DNA of 64,000 nt, from the NCBI GenBank assembly GCA_951406725.2, contig OX597815.1, forward strand, positions 92,752,001 to 92,816,000. Reading direction: 5' to 3'. The translations under genes were made by a program, and so were the position numbers. The notes under the pieces are model-generated. The model saw only the letters and a program-made list of their open reading frames with translations, was not told where the DNA came from and did no database searches. The DNA comes from Octopus vulgaris. Lineage: Eukaryota. How positions within the stretch are numbered: the stretch's first letter is position 1; every line of letters starts with the position of its first letter. This document shows positions 1 through 13,344 of the stretch, in pieces.

Positions 1-1180
1 ATTTCAAATTGTGATAAGTCATCATGAACAACATATCATTATCATCATCATCATCATTAAATGTCCATTGTCCATGCTGGTATGGGTTGGATGATTTGAC
101 TTGGGCTAGTAAGCTGAAGGGCTGCACCAGACTCCAGTCTGATTTGACATGGTTTCTATGGCTGGATGCCCTTCTTAACGCCAACCACTTTGAGAGTGTA
201 ATGGGTGTTTTTACATGCCACCAGCATAATACCAGTAGTTGCCATGACTATGAATTCACTTGCCATCGCTTCTGTGAGGCCCAGTGCTAATCTGTATGGG
301 AAAAGAATGTTCTAAAGGGCAGAAATGACACATGATGCAGCTTTCATCAAATACTATTGAGGTTTCAGTCAATTTTGTTTCTATGCATGTACAATACAAG
401 ATCTACAAACAGGATCGTGTGACCCTGATGAGACTCCAATAAGAATGGAAGATTGAGTAAGACTGCTTGCCATTTGTTTCAGAAAAATAGGTAAATTTGA
501 CATGTTCAAATGTCTACTACAATGGTTTACACATCTACCCAACCACAGACAGACAGACAGCTAGCTAACTTAGATAGATGGATGGATGGACACATAGACA
601 TATAGATAGATAGACATATTGACAGGCAGACAGATAGGTAGATAGACATATAGACACACAGGCAAACAGACAGACAGATACAGCTAAATATCATCATCAT
701 CAACATCATTTTACATCTGCTTTCTGTACTGACATGGCCTGGACTGGTCATCACAATTTTAGTCAATTCTTATTGGGAACTATTACTTCCATACACTGGT
801 TCTTGTAATTGTCATTCGGCTTGTTTTCAAAGGATGGATGCCTTTCCTATCACCAACCACTTTACAGGGTGTGATTTTTGGAAGGCACCAACACTAGGAA
901 GGTTGAATAAAGGGGCTCAGAACTCCATACATTCTTTGCTCATTTGCTAACCATTTTACAATGTATTACTGGGTGCATTTTGTGTTAAGGAGTTCTAGAG
1001 AGATTGTCTCACTCACCAGTCACTTGTGAGTGATGGGATAGGATAAAGAATAGGTGATGGATGGCAACAGAAGTGGCCCTGATGAGGCAGAGTGTGATGG
1101 TTGGTAGTAGAGATGGGTGAAGAGGGTAAAAAAGATGCACCAGGGAGAAGGGAGTAAAAAGGCATTACATACATACATAA

Positions 1181-1194
<14 letters not shown>

Positions 1195-1264
<70 letters not shown>
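1195..1264. repeat. (GA)35 microsatellite
   Basis: Perfect GA dinucleotide run. Confidence 0.95.
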
Positions 1265-1267
<3 letters not shown>

Positions 1268-1799
1268 CTATGCAAAATTGGATATTTATAACCAGAAAGT
1301 CAAAATTTCATATTAGGCACACTAAATCTAAACTGATTTATTCCCAGTATTTTGTTGATATAAGCTAATATTGTACTGTGTTTATCAACCACAGTAGCAG
1401 TGTGGCTACCCCAGAGGACATCTACCTATGTCAATAAAGATATTCTGTTATCATATTTACGGAGCACTGTGTAGGCAAATCTATTTCAGGATATATTTTT
1501 GTATGAAAAACATATCTTGTATTTATCAGGTATAATGACAATGCAGCTTTCTCAAGGTGTATATTTCAATTGAAAGGAAAAAAATGCTATCATGTGTTTA
1601 TCAACCATTGTGGTAACAGCGTAATTTATTCCAGAAAACATCTTACTATGGAAACAGTGATATTTAACTATCAGACACAGTGGTAGTATAGCAAATAAAG
1701 AAGATGATGTAGTCAGTAGATAACAGTATGCTGTATATACGCATACATAAACAGATATATACACACACATTCGTATACCAAACAATATATATATACATA

Positions 1800-2165
1800 T
1801 CATTCCAGTGTTTTAAATCTGGGTTTTGACCCCATTAACAGGGGGTGGTCGGATCTACCTCAATGCCATAGCAACTGCCCTCACACCATCTCACCATCTT
1901 ACCCAGTTTTGGGCGTCCTCCCTTCTCAGGCCAACCCTCCCACCCTCCCAATCTCCACCTCCACCTGCCCCCCTCTGCATTTTCCTTGGTCTACCTCACT
2001 TTTGCAGTCCATTTACCTCAAACTCAAGCACCCTCCTCAGAAAAATGCTGCTCATCCCTCCTCAACAAATGCCCATATCACTGCACTCCATTCGCCCTTG
2101 CCAGCCATTCCACCAATTCCTCCAACTCCAACATCCCTATCAAGCCCTCAGTCTTCCTCTTATCA
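1800..2165 (-). mobile_element. RTE LINE 3' end
   Basis: Minus-strand translation WLARANGVQ*YGHLLRRDEQH..LRRVLEFEVNGLQK*GRPRK..GLRREDAQN..RW matches the RTE C-terminal WxGHxxR / GRP motifs. Confidence 0.8.
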
Positions 2166-2447
2166 AACATATATGTGTGATATATATCAGTAACCCAAAG
2201 TAGTAGGTGAATAATATTTTTTAAGGCAACCATTTACATTTTTGTGACCATTTTAATACCTTCTAATTAATCCAGTTCTTGAACAAGTTAAATATGGTTC
2301 AGTTCATTGTAAAGGAGCAGTACTCCATTATATTTTGTGATGTACTAGAAAATTTATTGGATAAAAAAGAAAATACAAGATAGAATGTGTGCTCAGAAAT
2401 GGGAGAGTAGTATATATATATAGAGAGAGAGGAATGCACACACATAC

Positions 2448-2945
2448 ATGTATACAGTAATGAAAATCAGCTGCTCAGCAGATGTCAACATAAAGCTAAA
2501 GGTTAGTGAAAAAGAAAACACCTACACCGAACTGTTGAGAAACTTACAGTTACTTTATCTGGATTACAAGTTAAGATTTATACCGGTAATTATTGAGGCA
2601 TTGGGATATGTAACAAACTGCTTAAGCACCAGTCCTGAGAAAATAGGCTTCTCAAAACCAGAAAAGAGAAAGCTGATTCAATGGAACCGTAAAAATGTGT
2701 AAAACTTTCCAGAAGTTAAGCATTTAAGTATATACGCACATGTCGAGACATGTAACTAGATGCATAAAAATACATACATAAAATAAAACATACAGATCTG
2801 CACATGCATTGACTCCAAATACATGCACACGTACATACACAAATACCCTGTTGATGTTGAAATTCCAATGAAGGATCCTTGAATCTAGGTTAGAAACTGG
2901 CTCTTTCTCTATTGGCAAGAAATCTTGAAATAAAACTGAATAACA
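2448..2945 (+). mobile_element. 3' end of an R4/Dong/NeSL-like non-LTR retrotransposon (restriction-like endonuclease region + 3' UTR)
   Basis: ISCSADVNIKLKVSEKENTYTELLRNLQLLY..FIPVIIEALG matches the REL motif (E/D)I.xP.DxN...K..EK..KY..L......IP(I/V)(I/V)IGALG. AATAAA near 2929. Confidence 0.65.
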
Positions 2946-3164
2946 CACACACATCTGTGATTTAAAAAGAAAAATGCTAATTTTTCACTCCTAAATTTGC
3001 ACATCGTACATCTTCTTTAATGAGTCTCTCACAGATACTTCAACAGGTACTGTGATACCAACCTTCTTTAACTTAGTAACTTATTTATCGTTGTTGTTTG
3101 CTTATTTTTTCTTGTGTTTTATTTAAAAGAAACACTGTGTGTTTACCAAACATTTCAGGGAGAA

Positions 3165-3492
3165 CATCACCATCATCATCATCATTTAGCGTCCGTTTTC
3201 CATGCTAGCATGGGTTGGACGGTTCAACTGGGGTCTGTGAAGCTGGAAGGCTTCATCAGGCCCAGTCAGATCTGGCAGTGTTTCTATGGCTGGATGCCCT
3301 TCCTAACGCCAACCACTCCATGAGTGTAGTGGGTGCTTTTTACGTGCCACCCGCACAGGTGCCAGACAGAGCTGGCAAACGGATGGTGCTTTTACGTGTC
3401 ACCGGCACGGGGGCCAGGCGAGGCTGGCAACGGACACGAACGGATGGTGCTTTTACGTGCCACCAACACGGGGGGCAGACAGAGCTGGCATC
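3165..3492 (-). mobile_element. RTE-related short retroposon family C with (GAT)n tail and internal tandem repeats
   Basis: The plus strand shows (CAT)n-ttagcgtccgttttccatgctagcatgggttggacgg..ggctggatgcccttcctaacgccaaccac, then ~55-60 bp repeats of ggtgcttttacgtgccacc. Copies at ~35, 690, 3785, 20128, 40730 and 43640. Confidence 0.8.
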
Positions 3493-4409
3493 AAAAGAGT
3501 TTAATTAACAGAATAAGCTATGGTTACAATGTGCAGATTAAGGATGTATTTTGACACAAACTCAGGAGGATTAAACTATAAATACAAGATACTTGACATG
3601 TAAGCTCTACTGCTTTTAGATAAACTACGTTAACTATATTAAATCTGCTACCTTATTAACAGCACTAAAGAATATCAGATACAACCAACAACCATACTCT
3701 ACAAGCAAGATACACATGCACACAAACCACATTGGACATGATGGAAAATATTAGAAATTACATATAATCCCTCTACAACTCAAAGCATCATCATCAGCAG
3801 CAGCTAACGTTCACTTTCTATGCTGGCATGGGTTGGACAGTTTGACACGAAGCTGGCTAGCAGGGAGCTGTCTAAACTCCAACTGTCTGTTGTGACATGG
3901 TTTCTACAGCTGACAAGTCGGAAACAGTAAATATAACAAAATGACAGAGAGTACTCATTTGGTCAACAGAAAGAAAGAAGTATAGTAGTGTATAGTTTAC
4001 TGTTATTTCAGGCCTGCTTGGGCACCTAATCTCTCTACAAGAAACTAGAATAAGTGTAAACAACATACTTAGCATCACCATCAGCTGTATACAGATCATG
4101 TACACAGACTACCTACACAGCAAAACAAAAATATTCAAAATGAGAGATCAGCCGGATAGGCAAGGAGCAGTTTATTGGCACAGCAAGATGTAATGCTCAG
4201 TCTTTGTCACTAGATGTACAAGCACACAGATATTCAGAGCTTACGTGAGTGATGTGCAGGAAATATATGTTTGGGTCTGAAAATTTCCTAGGATCTTTAT
4301 CCTATGAACATACTTTGTCCAACTTAGTCTAGATAAACATGAAACACATATACACAAAAAAATAGTAACATCAGCAGTATTAATAATCTCATCAACTCCA
4401 AGCACTGCT

Positions 4410-4910
4410 CAGGAGTCCAAAATTTCTGAGGAGGTTTAGAAAGGCAGAGTCCATATGTTTGGAGTCCAACACCAAATTCCCAGTCAGCGATGAGTTGGAA
4501 TGCCATGTAATACTGTGACTTCTTTGATCACTATTAATATAGCAATCTACCTGGAGATCTTGGAGTAACTCAATACCTTCATCAGCTGACAAGGTATTTA
4601 ATAATGCAGAATTCATGCTCAAATAGGATTTGACAGCTGCACATAGTACGAAAACAACCACTGCCTTCTTGATCTTCATATCAATGCAGTGCCTTGGCTA
4701 GGTAATTCACCTGACCTGAACTCCATGTGGAATCTATAAAGTATAGTTAAAAAGATGACCAACTGCGTCTCAACAATCAGATGGAGCACAATGTTACTAT
4801 AAAGACCACCTGGACTTTCATTACACATGAGTAGTGTCACAGATTGGCTTCCAAGTCATGATATACTTAGGCAGTCACTGATGCCAAAAGAACTCTAATG
4901 AACTGCTACT
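4410..4910 (+). mobile_element. Tc1-type (DD34E) transposase relic
   Basis: Manual translation across frameshifts gives ICLESNTKF..QSAMSWNAM, AIYLEILE, PSSADKVFNNAEFMLK*DLTAAHSTKTT, WLGNSPDLNSM and RLNNQMEHNVTIKTTWTFITHE*CHRLAS..AVTDAK. These are collinear with Tc1 motifs KFPQSVMxWGAM / FQQDLAPAH / WPANSPDLNPIEN / CHRLIASMP. Confidence 0.8.
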
Positions 4911-6514
4911 GATATTCCAACCTATCTTTCAGTTTTTCAACCAACTTGCTCTCTTGTATTGATATATTTAGATGTTCAGTCTAATAATTTCAGATATTAG
5001 ATTTTTAATGAGCCTTGTGGGGAAACTATAAATGTTAGCTTACATCAACAAAATACTAGGAACAGATCAATTTAGATTCAGTGAGTTTAATACAACTGAA
5101 ATGTTGATGTCCATTATCATCATATTTAAGTGTCCATTTTTCCATGTATGCATAAGCCAGTAGAAATTTATTGAGGCAGATTTTCTATAGCCAGATAATC
5201 TTCCTGTTTTCAAAATTTCATGTTTCCAAGCAGGATAATATTTTCCCTACTCCTTTAAACAAGATGGCCGGACATGTTTTGGCAGAAACTGCAAGTGAAT
5301 AAAACCACTTGTATGACATTGACATTTGTTTACATCTAGTTCAGGATGTCAGAACAAAAGAACACAAGTACACACACACAAGGATACATAAATACATGAC
5401 AGGCTGCTCCAAGTTCCCATCTTCAAAATTCACTCACAAAGATTTGGCCAGATTGGTAGCATATAGTACAATACACTTGCCAAAGATATCACGCGAGAAA
5501 AATAAAACAAGCAACAAGTTGCTAAGTTAAAGAAAGTCAGCACCACAGTACCTGCTAGAGTATAAGTGAGAGAATTATAAAGTAGATGTACAATGTTGTA
5601 CACATGTAGGTGTGAAAAATTAGCATATTTAAAACAAATCGCAGGTTAATAATGTCAAGACATGTTTATGCATTAGATTTTTAATACTTATACCATGAAA
5701 CACAACAATAACTTTAGTTGTCCAGCTGTGGTAAATATTTTCTCCTGCCATAGTAACAAGACTGGCAGAAGAAAGTTGGCTAGGGCCCTAAGACAGTAAA
5801 TCTGTTGCTGCTTCAATGACATTTCTTTTTTTTTTTTTTTGTTTTTTAATACAGATGAGCTCTCAATGAGACGGCCTATAATCAAAGGTATTCCAACAGC
5901 AACCCCCCTGTCTTTATTTCAGATAGTGTATCTTGTGTGTCTTTTTCTTTCTTTTTTTTTTTTTGTTTTGCAAAATGTAGTGTATGATTTAAGAGATCTT
6001 GCTAGAGACTGTTATCTCTAGCAAGTCGAATAGTTACATAAAAAAGTCATTGCTACTTTTGCTTGCAATAAAACAAAGATAAAGAGATATGACAGCAGCA
6101 ACTAAGTGAAAATACACCAAACAGGTACCAACTAGAGATTAAGTTGAAATAGCATGGAAACTGATGGATGGAACAAGAGTTGCTAGGAGATGACACTAGC
6201 AAAAATTCTTTACAACACAAACATTACTGCTTTTTTGTTTGATTTATGTAAACTAAACAGACACATACACACATACCATTAACTTCAGTTAAGGAAATGT
6301 GACATCTAACATCGCCATAGTAACTGACATACTCATAAAGGAGGACAAGATATCAGGAGGAGGTGACACAGAATATAACTGGTCAGGAAATGAGATTGTT
6401 AGGAAGATGGCAACACAATAAATATAGGTGACTGAGATTACAGATTATAAAAAAATAAAGCATTGTGTTGATACTGACCTCATAAACGAGAAAGATTTTT
6501 CACATTAGCATAAT

Positions 6515-6830
6515 TGGTCTGTGGAAGGTAAAATAATGAGTTCCAGATTACCCAGTTGGTCTGTGAAGGGGAAGCGATGAGTTTTGATGCCATAGAAGAC
6601 CTAGTTGTTTATTGGTTAGTGAGACTAATAAGTTCTACAGCCATAGTAGACCTTAGTTGTGTGACCGAGTTAAAATTGGTTTGAGAAGATAATGAGATCT
6701 ATAGCCAGAGAAGACCTAGTGTGCATTGGTCTCTGAAGCTAATGAGTGCTATAGTCCTACAGAAGACCTAGCTGCGTGCATTGATACTTAGTTGTGTGTT
6801 GGTCTAGGAAGGTAAAATAACAGGTTCTAT
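6515..6830. repeat. Degenerate ~50-60 bp minisatellite
   Basis: About six copies of ttggtctgtgaag.taatgagttctatagccatagaagacctagttgtgtg. Confidence 0.75.
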
Positions 6831-7059
6831 ATTTACAATTAAATATTTAATCACCTCAACAGTCAGGCAGAATGTGTATTACATACATCTATGATCTTAA
6901 GAGTTACATATTTAACACAGCATAGTTCATCTGGAAAGGTCAAAGGTTTCTGAACGGCATCCATATAAACATTGAAAGTAATAGGAAATGTTAAGTAATA
7001 TGCATATAACATAGAAGGCAGGCATGTAACAGTCGAAGACTGAAAAACATTGTATAGTA

Positions 7060-7150
7060 AATAGGCAACAGGAATTCTAGTGAGATTCCATTAGGGCTGA
7101 CTAGAACTGAAATAGAAGAACTAGACAGAAAACGGAAAGAATGAAGATGC
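7060..7150 (+). mobile_element. Possible R4/NeSL-like RT thumb fragment
   Basis: LTRTEIEELDRKRK resembles WTxxELxxLDRKTRK. Single short motif only. Confidence 0.3.
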
Positions 7151-7371
7151 TTCTACTGTGTCTTGGATTTCTAAGAATGACTAAGCATAGAAAAAAAAAA
7201 TCCTACAGCAACCATAGCGAGCAGGTCCCAGGAAAATGCATATTATAAATTTTCAAGATACTATCTGTAAAAGTCAGAAAGTTGTTAAAAGAATTACCAT
7301 GTTAGGGAGAATAGTCCTAATTGTGAGAGCTATCTGCCAAGAATTGGTAGACTGTTGCTTTATGTAAAAGT

Positions 7372-7545
7372 GATTTCACTGTAGTAACCCTTCACTATGG
7401 CTGTGACCTCTTCATTATGACTATAACAACTCTGCTGCTAAGATCACTTTTATGATTGCTGTGGCTTCATTACTACTGCTGTGACATCATTACTGCGGTG
7501 TTACTTCCTCACTACTGCTGGGACCTTTGTAATACTGCTGATTCC
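7372..7545. repeat. Degenerate ~20-bp tandem repeat
   Basis: Recurring cttcattactactgctgtgac-like units. Confidence 0.55.
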
Positions 7546-7747
7546 TAATGAAATAGCTGGCAAAAATATAGAAATGTTCTTATTAAAACATCTCTTGTTT
7601 TGTATATGACAATCATTGACGTTGTCAATGACTGTCAGTATAGTAGTTAGACCCTTAAATATCAACCTTTGCCTCCTTGTATATCAAGAGATTAAATACC
7701 ATTTTATTTAGCTCTTGGTCAACACTAAAAAAAAAAAAAAAACTTAT

Positions 7748-7901
7748 GGAGTGGCTGTGTAGTTAGAATCTTGCTTCCCAGCCACATGGTTCCTGGTTCA
7801 GTCCCACTGCGTGGCACCTTGGGCAAGTGTCTTCTACTATAGCCTCGGGCCGACCAAAGCCTTGTGAGTGGATTTGGTAGATGAAAACTGAAAGAAGCCC
7901 G

Positions 7902-7944
<43 letters not shown>

Positions 7945-8133
7945 TGTGTGTGTTTGCTTGACAACCGATGCTGGTGTGTTTATGTCCCTGTTACTTAGCA
8001 GTTCGGCAAAAGAGACCGATAGAATAAGTACTGGGCTTACAAAAGAATAAGTCCCGGGGTTGAGTTGCTCAATTAAAGGCAGTGCTCCAGCATGGCCACA
8101 GTCAAATGACTGAAACAAGTAAAAGAGTAAAAG
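7748..8133 (+). mobile_element. tRNA-derived SINE family A, representative copy (head - microsatellite - tail)
   Basis: A/B-box-like head ggagtggctgtgtagttag...ggttcagtccc, core ccttgggcaagtgtcttctactatagcc..ccaaagccttgtgagtggatttggtag, then (TA)n and a tail ending gtcaaatgactgaaacaagtaaaag. Further copies or parts at ~19990, 21295, 22205, 48505, 52139, 63670 (+) and ~5405, 11460, 25230, 36335, 37230, 38340, 46225, 55005, 56430, 57330, 59555, 62585 (-). Confidence 0.9.
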
Positions 8134-11100
8134 TCTTTGTTTGACATACAATTTATCTACATGAGGTAAGTGCAGAATGCAGCATGGCTGAGAAGTTTGT
8201 TTTGCAACATGAGACCTTAGGTTCAATTCCATTGCAATGTACCTTGGGAAAATGTAATTTTCTATAGTCTAGGGTTGACCCATACATAGTAATTGAAATT
8301 GGGTGGACAGAAGCTGTATAGAAACCCACTGGATGGTTGTACAGTAATTCCAAAGGTGCAGCCTTGATACTGTGTCATGCTGATTTTGTCTAAGGATTAT
8401 GTTAAGGGTATACACGTCTGTGGAATGCTTAACTGTTTACACATTAATTCAAGAGTAATTCAGTTGACTGTATAAGTGAGTCCTCATTGTTGAACAACTG
8501 ACATCCACCATATACAGACAACATTATTCTGTGATGTGAGGAGGGAGACAACTACAATATCAAGTCAATAATAGTATTTTGGGAAGTATTGTCCATGTTC
8601 TAGTACTGACAATAAGAACATACATTCAATTTAGAGCAATGGTGATTTAGTGAAGTTTATTAAGGAAAGTCTCTCAGCTCTAGTTAACAAATTTAAGTTA
8701 GTTTGCAGTTAGTTTTCAAAATGCTCAGAGTTGTGGATGAGAAAATTTGAGCTAGAGTATATATTGAGGATATATGCAAAATGAAAGTTCAACAATTGTG
8801 TTAGCATATTTAATGTAGTGAGCGCTATAGAAATGTTTGGTCTATAACATAACCTGATGATATAGTGGCAGGGTGGTGATAGTGATAGTGGCTGTTTAGT
8901 CTCAGTTCATTCATGTTGTTATCATCCAGTTTAAGACACAATGTATCAAGAGTCAATTACATTACCTGGAGGCAGAGGCATGTGGCTTAGTGATTAGGGT
9001 GTTGGACTCATGATCATAAGATTGTGGGTTTTGATTCCTGGGCTAGGCAATGCATTGTATCCTTGAGCAAAACACTTCATTTCATGTTGCTCCAGGCCAC
9101 TCAGCTGAGAAAAATGAATAATCCTGTGATAGACTGGCATCCTGTTGAGGTGGGGAATATATATGCCATGACACAGGGGAAACTGGCCTTATGAGTCAGT
9201 ATGACTTGAGAAGGTAACCTTTCCATTTTTTTTACATTACCTGGACAATGTCTCCTTTTTTTCTTTTTTAAAGATGGTAGGATGTGGATTTTGTGATTTG
9301 AGGAGCATTTAGCTGGCATTTCTAGCAGGTCAAGGCCCCCATCTTTGGCTTGTTAACCACTTGGTTTGACCATCTGATGATGAAAGCTAATAGAACTAAA
9401 AGTGCTATCTGAGAGTCACTATGCACAAACTGTTACTATACACAAACTGCACTTACATAATGTCTAAATAGAAGTAAATAAGTCAAATCACTATAAATCG
9501 TTTTATTGTCTGAAATATCAATCTTTTCAAGAGAAATGATTTTATTGCTTTAACTCCATCCCATACATATAACATAATATTTTCTAATGATTTTTTTTCT
9601 CTTCTTTTCATTTTCTTATTTTATACCTGCCATTTCTATCAAATTACAAGTTGAAATACTGGCTTCCTAGTATGAGTAAGTAGTATGTACTTAGGATCAG
9701 TCAAAACTGATGTCTGGTAACTCAGTAACTACTGTACTTCCCACTTAATACTACTGGCAGTCTGTTTATTGACTGTGTACACACTTCTAAACATCCTTCA
9801 TACTCCTTCCCCCCCTCTCTCTCACACACACACTGGAAATGTGCTTCCTTGCCAACAACTTTGAAATTCTTGGAACAGATGATAAAATGAAGATCAAATA
9901 TCGGAATGCTGATACTGCTCAATTGTACTTGTGTTTCTTGCTGCTCCAATAACAATCTCACTAAAATCCTAAGTTTGTTAACTATTTTTTCTATATTCAC
10001 ACAACAAATTCTTTTATTTTTATTGTTATTATTATTAAAACAATAAATCCTTATCAGTAATAGTATGTTAAAAATCATTATTATTATCAAAAGGTTTAAA
10101 ACAATTATCATCATCAATTATTATGCAGTAGAAGATTGACAGAATCAGTAGAGCACCAAACAAGATATCTTGCAGTATTTGTTTCATCTCTTTACATTCT
10201 GATCTCAAATCCTGCAGTTTCATGGTTGAAAAAATAAAATATGAGACAAGTATTGGAGTCATTTAAACAACAAAACCCATCAGCCTTGTGCTCATGTAAG
10301 AAGTCCCTATTATTATTTGGGTTTGGTGAACTGGCAGAATTGTCTGTGCTTACATTCCAAGTTTGAGTTGATTTTGCTTTTCATCTTTTTGGAGTCAGTA
10401 AAATAAGTACCGGTTAAGTATTGAGGTTGATATAATCGACTAGCCCCACCCCCTAAATTTTCAGGCCCTGTGCCTATAGCTGAAAGGATTATTATTTGGC
10501 TTTGGTAATGTAAAGGGATGTGACTAAATATCGCAAAACACTGTTCTTTTACACTATAACAATTTTGCCATCCATCACTCTAAATCTGTGTGTGTCAACC
10601 TTACTGTTATTTTACATAACAATTTACAAGCCCTGTTGTAGTCAACTGTACCCAGAGGGAGAAGTAGTAGTGATAGTGATGATGATGATGATGATTAAGA
10701 TGAAAAAAAATAAAGATTAAGAAAGTTGTAACTATCATTACTACAGCATCAGTAGTTCTACTGCTGTAGATTCTATTCCATTTACACTTTTGCTTTTCCG
10801 ATATCAGAATTTAATTTTCAAAATCAGATTTCTGTGTTCTGCTGTAATTACATAGACAAATTGTTATTAAAATATCAAGTTGTGTATTGTGGTTTTAAGA
10901 TCTGTCATTCATTTGGTAGAGAAACTGAGACACTGTGAAGAACAGAACTGAGATAAATTGTTTGAAAGTTAATACATCTGGGTAAGTTAACAATATCTAA
11001 TCAAAGAGCAAATGAGATCTTATAAATCTAACATCTAATTGAAGAACTAATAAGATAGCATGGGAGCCTCTAAGTAGTCATTTGACCTGCAAGAAACAAC

Positions 11101-11409
11101 AGACATATCATCTGCTAATCACAGTCATCATCATCATCATTTTAACACCCACTTTTCCATGCTTGTATCAGTCAGACAGTTTACTGAGATAGATTTTTCT
11201 TTGGCTGAAAGCCCTTATTGCCACCAACCACCACCTGTTTCCAAGCAAGGTAATATTTCCCCCATGGTCAGACATGTTCTTGCAGAATATTGGAAATGAA
11301 TGACACTACTTATATGACAGTGACATTCATTTTACAACTATCACACAATGTCAAGACAAGAAGACACAAATACACACACATACATACATACATATATATA
11401 CATATATAC

Positions 11410-11455
<46 letters not shown>

Positions 11456-13344
11456 GGCAGGCTTCTTTCACAAGTATTTGGTGCATGTTCAACTTGGGGC
11501 TATAATAGAAGACACTTACACAAAGTGTTATACAGTGGGACTGAATCTGGGACCATAAGGTTGACAAAAAAAACTTCTTACTACACAGCTATGCTTATCC
11601 TAAAAAAGAGGACTTACAGCTCAGTGTATTGGAGTATTTGTTCCAACTTTTTACATTCCAAGCTCAAATCTTGCCGAGGTCAATTTTGCCTTTCATAATT
11701 TCAGGGTTGATAAAATAAAGTACCAATCAAGAACTGGGTTTGATGGTATCAATTAACCTCCTCCCCTCAAAACTGCTGACTTTGTGCCAAATCAGAGACA
11801 ATGTAAAGCCATGACACAGTCACCTATAACACATAGCTGACAGGTAGTAATTGGATAGTGTCACTTGTCACAGATGAAGAGTAAATATCTCTTGATGGTT
11901 GATGCTAATAACCTGTTCTCATCCAAACTTCTCTGATGTCTTAGGAACATTTTAATTAGTTTCTTCTGGCATCTCTAATGCATTGCTTTTTGTCCTGCCT
12001 CCCAACAGATACATCATCTGCAGGACATTATGACACTGCTAGACAACCCATAATAATTTGTAGTTTCAATCTTATACTTGTTTCTCTTAAGATATTTGAC
12101 GAATTAATTCCTAATCAACATTTGTGGGTTTAAGAGTGTGTGATGTTGATTCTCTCTCTTTCCCTCTTTCTGTGCACATGCACACATGTGCATGAAAGTG
12201 TGTGTGTGTGTGTGTGTGTGTATATACGCATGGTTGGGTGTATGCAAGCGATAATGTGTTTTTAAGAATAATCAGCCACAATTTTTGCTTGATGTAAGAT
12301 AAGCATGAGTGATTTGATGTTTTAAGCAAGGAAATGTTTAATGATGTATGGGGACAATAAAAGACAGGAAAAAAAAAACCAAAAAAAAAAAAAAAACATG
12401 GAATTAATCTGAAGGGAATTATCTTTGGAATTAAAATCGAAGAATGCAAACTTAACAATACTTAGAGTTTCATAAAGTAGGTCAAGATTCAAGTCAAATA
12501 TTAATATTACTGACTTTACTGTAAGAAAAAAAAAACTCTAGATAATGGAGACTAACTCCATCTGACAACTATAGAGTGAAATGAGTCAGTCTAACCAAGA
12601 CTATCCCATCTTAGTAGGGCATGTTGAGGAAGGTTTGTTTTCTATTGTTAGTAGGTTAAGCAACTATGCAGACTTTCCCTCCCTGGTTGTTGTTTTTAGC
12701 CCCAAGTGCATCTAGATTGAATAGGCTTATGATCAAAGACATTCCATCCACAACTATACTGCCTTTAAGGAGTTCACAAGACTAATTTATCTACTTCTGT
12801 TTTTGCTGGTGGAGTGTGATTTGAGGGAAATTTGGTTGTTTCTAGCAAGGTGAGAGACCATGTAGAGACTCTCTCTTGAGGACTAGGTATTGAAGATGGA
12901 ATTCATCTCACATTGCTGGGCAGAAAGAATATGTTCAGAGGAAATGGGAGTGAGGGTTGTTGCTGTTCTTTAGATCCACTCAGCCTTTATTAAGCTAATG
13001 TATGATGAAAGGTGTTCTAGCTTTGATTATCTCATCCGTTTTGTACATCTAGGGCCACATAATCCAATTTTGTGACCTTCCTTTTTTAAGACAAATAATA
13101 TGTGATTTAAGGAAAAATTGGTTGATATTTCAAGTAGTTCAAGTGACTATGAAGAGATTTTGTTAATTTCCATATAGGAGACAGAAGAATGATGTGTAAG
13201 AATCCTACAATAGAATTTCCTTCTAGAATGGAATAATAGCAAAAGTTATTTCAGGAGAATGTTTTATAAATAAACAAAATGCTTCAAGTTAACAGCAACT
13301 GAGTAGAGATATGGTCCTACTTAGTTAAATCTCTAACCTGGCTT

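Noticed and set aside
2864-2905. Hammerhead-like spacing (..AATGA..stem..GAAAC) in the R4-like 3' UTR
   Set aside because: The essential CUGA box is absent and stem pairing is weak.
4392-4679. 95-aa ORF with signal-peptide-like start (MKIKKAVVVFVLCAA)
   Set aside because: It is the antisense frame of the Tc1 transposase relic.
7748-7815. tRNA genes at SINE heads
   Set aside because: Only A/B-box similarity; no complete cloverleaf, and each continues into a SINE body.
9374-9405. CTGATGA box
   Set aside because: No stem II or GAAA follows; the 7-mer alone is expected many times by chance in 64 kb.
9722-10262. Two overlapping minus-strand ORFs in unique sequence
   Set aside because: No recognisable domain or convincing splice boundaries; partly (AAT)n-derived.
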